This document shows positions 61,838-64,000 of a DNA stretch of 64,000 nt, piece by piece. The position numbers were made by a program, and so were the translations under genes. The stretch is from Utricularia gibba (Eukaryota; Plantae; Magnoliophyta), in assembly GCA_002189035.1 (NCBI GenBank), contig NEEC01000011.1:992001-1056000 (forward strand). Direction: 5' to 3'. The notes under the pieces are model-generated. The model was given only the letters and a program-made list of their open reading frames with translations. It did no database searches and was not told where the DNA came from. Each line of letters starts with the position of its first letter. The first letter of the stretch is position 1.

Positions 61838-62809
61838 TGATTGACTTACAAGATATGAATATTTGTACAAATTCCTCTATTGAGTTGGGTTAAAACTTGT
61901 CTCCGAAGCACCATATTTGAAGTATAAGCAAAGTATGGTGATTGCTATAGTTCAAAGTATCCCACTTCAGTTGGGTACTATTCAACTAACATCATTTACT
62001 AAAGACATTTTGAGCAACCAGAGAGAATTGGAGATACAACATTTTCCCAAACAAGTAGTTTATGAAATATCTTACTTTTGGTGCAATTTATGAAATATCC
62101 TTTATAAAGTTATGACTCGATATTTCTTGAGCTTGGATATAGGACCTATGCTGATTGTGAACAAATGTTGGGAAGCATTCAAATTGATTGAAGTTGATTC
62201 TTGATTTTGATTCCCTCATATCCTCCTACTAGTCTGATGAAAATCTAAAGGGCTTTTGTGCTTTGTTGAGTGAATTGGGTTCTTTTGCATTCATCTTATT
62301 ATAGGATCTACTTGGCGCTCAAAGTTCTTTTTCATTTTGTATCAGGTTTATGATTCAATAGTCAGTATTCACCAAAAATGATGTTTGATTTTAATTACAG
62401 ATTTTATCCTTTGGAATGACTCAAAAACGATGACATGTCTGCATATGAATAAGGTGTTATGTGGTTTAGATATAGAATAGTATATGCCAATATGCCATTT
62501 GGTTTATCTTTTGTACATGCCAGCACGAATACACGTTTACATTCCATATTCTACAATCCTACATTTTATCCCTAGCCTTGACCATTTATGTCTCAAACGA
62601 ACATATGATCTACAATATGATGTCAGCTATCTAATTTTCAGCATCATACACTATGTGTGTTGAGATAGTAATCCAAATGCTTCATCATCGAGTCTATTCA
62701 CTTTCTTTCCAAAAAGAATCCTTTTTTTCTTTCTTACACTTGTGAGACATCAACATTTCATCTAAAGTTTATACAAGAAATGAGGGGAAAAGGAAATTAA
62801 TTAGGTGGA

Positions 62810-63670
62810 AATGGTTGCAGCAATGTGATAGCTGCCTTTTGGGGCAATAACATTGTTCAAGGTGGCAAAACCGGGTTAAGACATCATAGCATTGAGGATA
62901 AGGATCATTTGAAATGGTACAATATGAAAATAAAGTTTTGAACCTCTTCTAAACCCCAAAAAATTGTAAAACACTTAGGACAGCAAATAAAAAGAAAAGG
63001 GGAGTAGTCTGCATGGTTGTGAGAATAAACTCGTGGTGAGCTGATTGAGTGTCTTAAAATCCTAAATTTTTGCAGGAGCGAATACAGATATAATGGAAGG
63101 TTCCAATGTTGGAACCATCGAATTTAGTCAAGTGTAAGTGGGATGATAGGTTTTGGGATACTTCTCAGTGTTTTTAGTTGGATAATGCAATTATGTGATT
63201 GACTTTATCTTCTATCACTTTTTTGTGCTTATTTACTATGAATTTCGTTATGTGATGAATATGAGTGATCCTTGAGTTAGGTTTCTTATTCAAAAAGGTT
63301 TGCTCCATTTGGATCTTAGTTCAGGAAGTTTTGGTATTTTTATGAAAGTTCAAAAGTTTAGTCCATCCAAGAACTATTTTTCTCAGTCCATTTTAAAAAT
63401 TCATAACACTCTGATGCTATTTGATTCTACAGAACACTTTAATCTTTAGCTTTCCAATGTTTTAAAATTTTTGAACTTGGAAAAGGTTTCCAAAAGTGAG
63501 TTTTTCTATAAACATATTTTGCTGCTCTTAATTGATTTGTGGTGCAAAATGCTATGACTGATTTAGAAGCCTTTGAAAAAGCTGTAGACGCACAATTATT
63601 TATGTAAAGTCTCCTTTGAGACAACTCCATATGGAGTGATAGCCACCAGATGATTCGAGGTTGAGTAAAT
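62810..63670 (+). other. Possible decayed multi-exon gene fragment
   Basis: TTTTGCAG-exon-GTAAGT at ~63067-63139, CTACAG-exon-GTGAG at ~63427-63500, short coding-like runs; product not recognised. Confidence 0.25.
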
Positions 63671-64000
63671 GAAAGGAAATCTTTGATAGGCTTAAATCTA
63701 GTGAGTTTGGTGAAGGGGATGGCTCTCTTTTATTGATTTCACAAGGTTAAGGTTAAACAAACTTATTATCTTCAATTTCTAAGGTTGTCAAACCAAGGTT
63801 ACTGAGAATAAAAGGCTACAACTATTGATAACACGTGTTTTTCAGTATTCTAGGACTATAAAAAAAGTAATATTATGTTATAAAATTAAGATTTAATTCA
63901 GTATTTCTGTACTTTTGTGATTAGCAATGTATTTACATGTTTTTATTCCAGATTGGGACTAAATTCAAGATTTAGCCCCAATCTATGTTTTAATCATTTT

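Noticed and set aside
62130-62190. RTYADCEQM resembling Enhancer of rudimentary
   Set aside because: Five-residue match only; surrounding frame has stops and no further similarity

Overview
AT-rich plant nuclear heterochromatin, most likely centromeric or pericentromeric. About 85% of the window is nested, truncated and rearranged LTR retrotransposons. I found no intact host gene and no intact element (no LTR pair with matching TSD). The dominant class is Ty3/gypsy chromovirus CRM clade: PBS-Met, TGATG...CATCA LTRs, and the CR targeting motif GP(M/I)TRS encoded inside the LTR. It occurs as LTR types CRM-1a, CRM-1b and a second family, CRM-2. A short-LTR (323 bp) Ty1/copia family, tentatively Ivana/Oryco-like, is present as at least 7 pieces and has three tandem CCHC knuckles in gag. 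Older remnants: a second Ivana-like copia, a Tork/Tnt1-like gag, an Ale-like RNase H, a Tekay/Del RT, two Cassandra (5S-bearing) LTRs and a small TRIM. The last 10 kb holds a decayed mitochondrial linear-plasmid-type T7-like RNA polymerase C-terminus, a decayed plastid rpoC1 fragment, a PIF/Harbinger-type Myb/SANT pseudogene split by a solo LTR, and unassigned sequence. Most notable: gag-dead copies sharing identical lesions in both superfamilies (possible trans-mobilised non-autonomous lineages), a three-tier reciprocal solo-LTR nest with TSDs, and several templated-filler repair scars. All family calls come from motif recognition by eye; no database search was run. Coordinates of degenerate pieces are approximate.
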